Shown here one piece after another: positions 63,144-64,000 of a stretch of 64,000 nucleotides of DNA. Under the pieces are notes generated by a model, which ran no database searches, had not been told where the DNA came from, and saw nothing but the letters and a program-made list of their open reading frames with translations. Position 1 is the first letter of the stretch. Each line of letters opens with the position of its first letter. The stretch is from contig NC_091478.1 in the NCBI RefSeq assembly GCF_036971445.1, forward strand, positions 4,898,001 to 4,962,000, in the 5' to 3' direction. The translations under genes and the position numbers were made by a program. Source of the stretch: Narcine bancroftii. Lineage: Eukaryota.

Positions 63144-64000
63144 ATCAATATTTTTCTCTGAATGCATTTGAAGTGCAACTTATGATAGGAGCCTTTGGTA
63201 GTTGCTGTACATTTCTGAGACCTTTAACAATGGTTGATTTTCTGTTCAGGATGCAATCCTAATTAAGATATAGCCGTTTTATTCACATAAATTGACTTGA
63301 TATGCATTCAGATCATAACAAGAGAACCATGCCTCAAGAAATATTGGGTCAAAATACAAATCAATTGCTAACTTATCCTGTTTTTAGAGTCATCTTTGGT
63401 TCAATTTTCCTTTTAATTATTTTAAGGTGACAAATTATAAAACAGCACCTAGTCCAATTGCTATGCAAATAGGAGTAAATATTTCACACACACCAGCACT
63501 GAAATCGCATTCTAAATAAACCTCTGGGTCACAATGCATCAGCATCAGGATTTATTGTCGTGAACAAGTCATGAAACTCAGTGCTTTGCCAGAGAATCAC
63601 AGCGCCATCTTAGAACCATCTTGCTTTGCCGGAGAATCACAGCGCCATCTTGGAACCATCTTGCTTTACAATAAATTTTTTTTTAATAATAGTGCACAAA
63701 AAGTGAGGTAGTGTCTTTGGTTCATTGATTATTCAGGAATCTGATGGCAATGGGAAAGAAGCTGTCCTTATGCTACTGAGTGCTTGTCTTTAGGCTCCTG
63801 TACCCTTTTCTCCCCAATGGCAGCATCTTCACTTATTTAAATATTAAGGGATAAAGTAAACTAAATCCATTTTCTCTCTATATCCAATGATTTTTTGAGT
63901 GCAAAGTACTTACTGATTTGTCGCCTTTCATAAACGCAACCACTTTTGCTTTATTGATCAGTGCTTTCAGTCTATAGATACAAGAAGAAGCTGAACACAA

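Overview
Vertebrate genomic DNA, not prokaryotic. The repeat make-up (V-SINE/HE1-like SINEs, CR1, Rex1/Babar, Penelope-like, L1, RTE) suggests a cartilaginous fish, possibly a ray; this is inference. The only host gene I can support is the 3' end of GLRX3 (glutaredoxin-3/PICOT) on the minus strand: four coding exons (62721-62773, 62585-62624, 59798-59890, 49887-49943) with GT-AG introns, matching phases and a polyA signal at 49678-49683. The rest is intronic or intergenic and packed with nested transposons: decayed CR1s, two near-identical young RTE LINE copies plus two short tails, a hAT/Tip100-like element with TSD, Charlie-type MITEs, an internally deleted L1 and a Gypsy remnant. The most unusual signal is a set of homogeneous tandem arrays (11-39 bp units, up to 4.7 kb), several of which are clearly local expansions of the transposon they sit in. 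Also notable are a TSD-flanked 180-bp inverted copy of nearby DNA and a composite two-unit MITE. All ORFs over 1000 aa are artefacts of satellites or N gaps. I found no convincing new protein-coding system.
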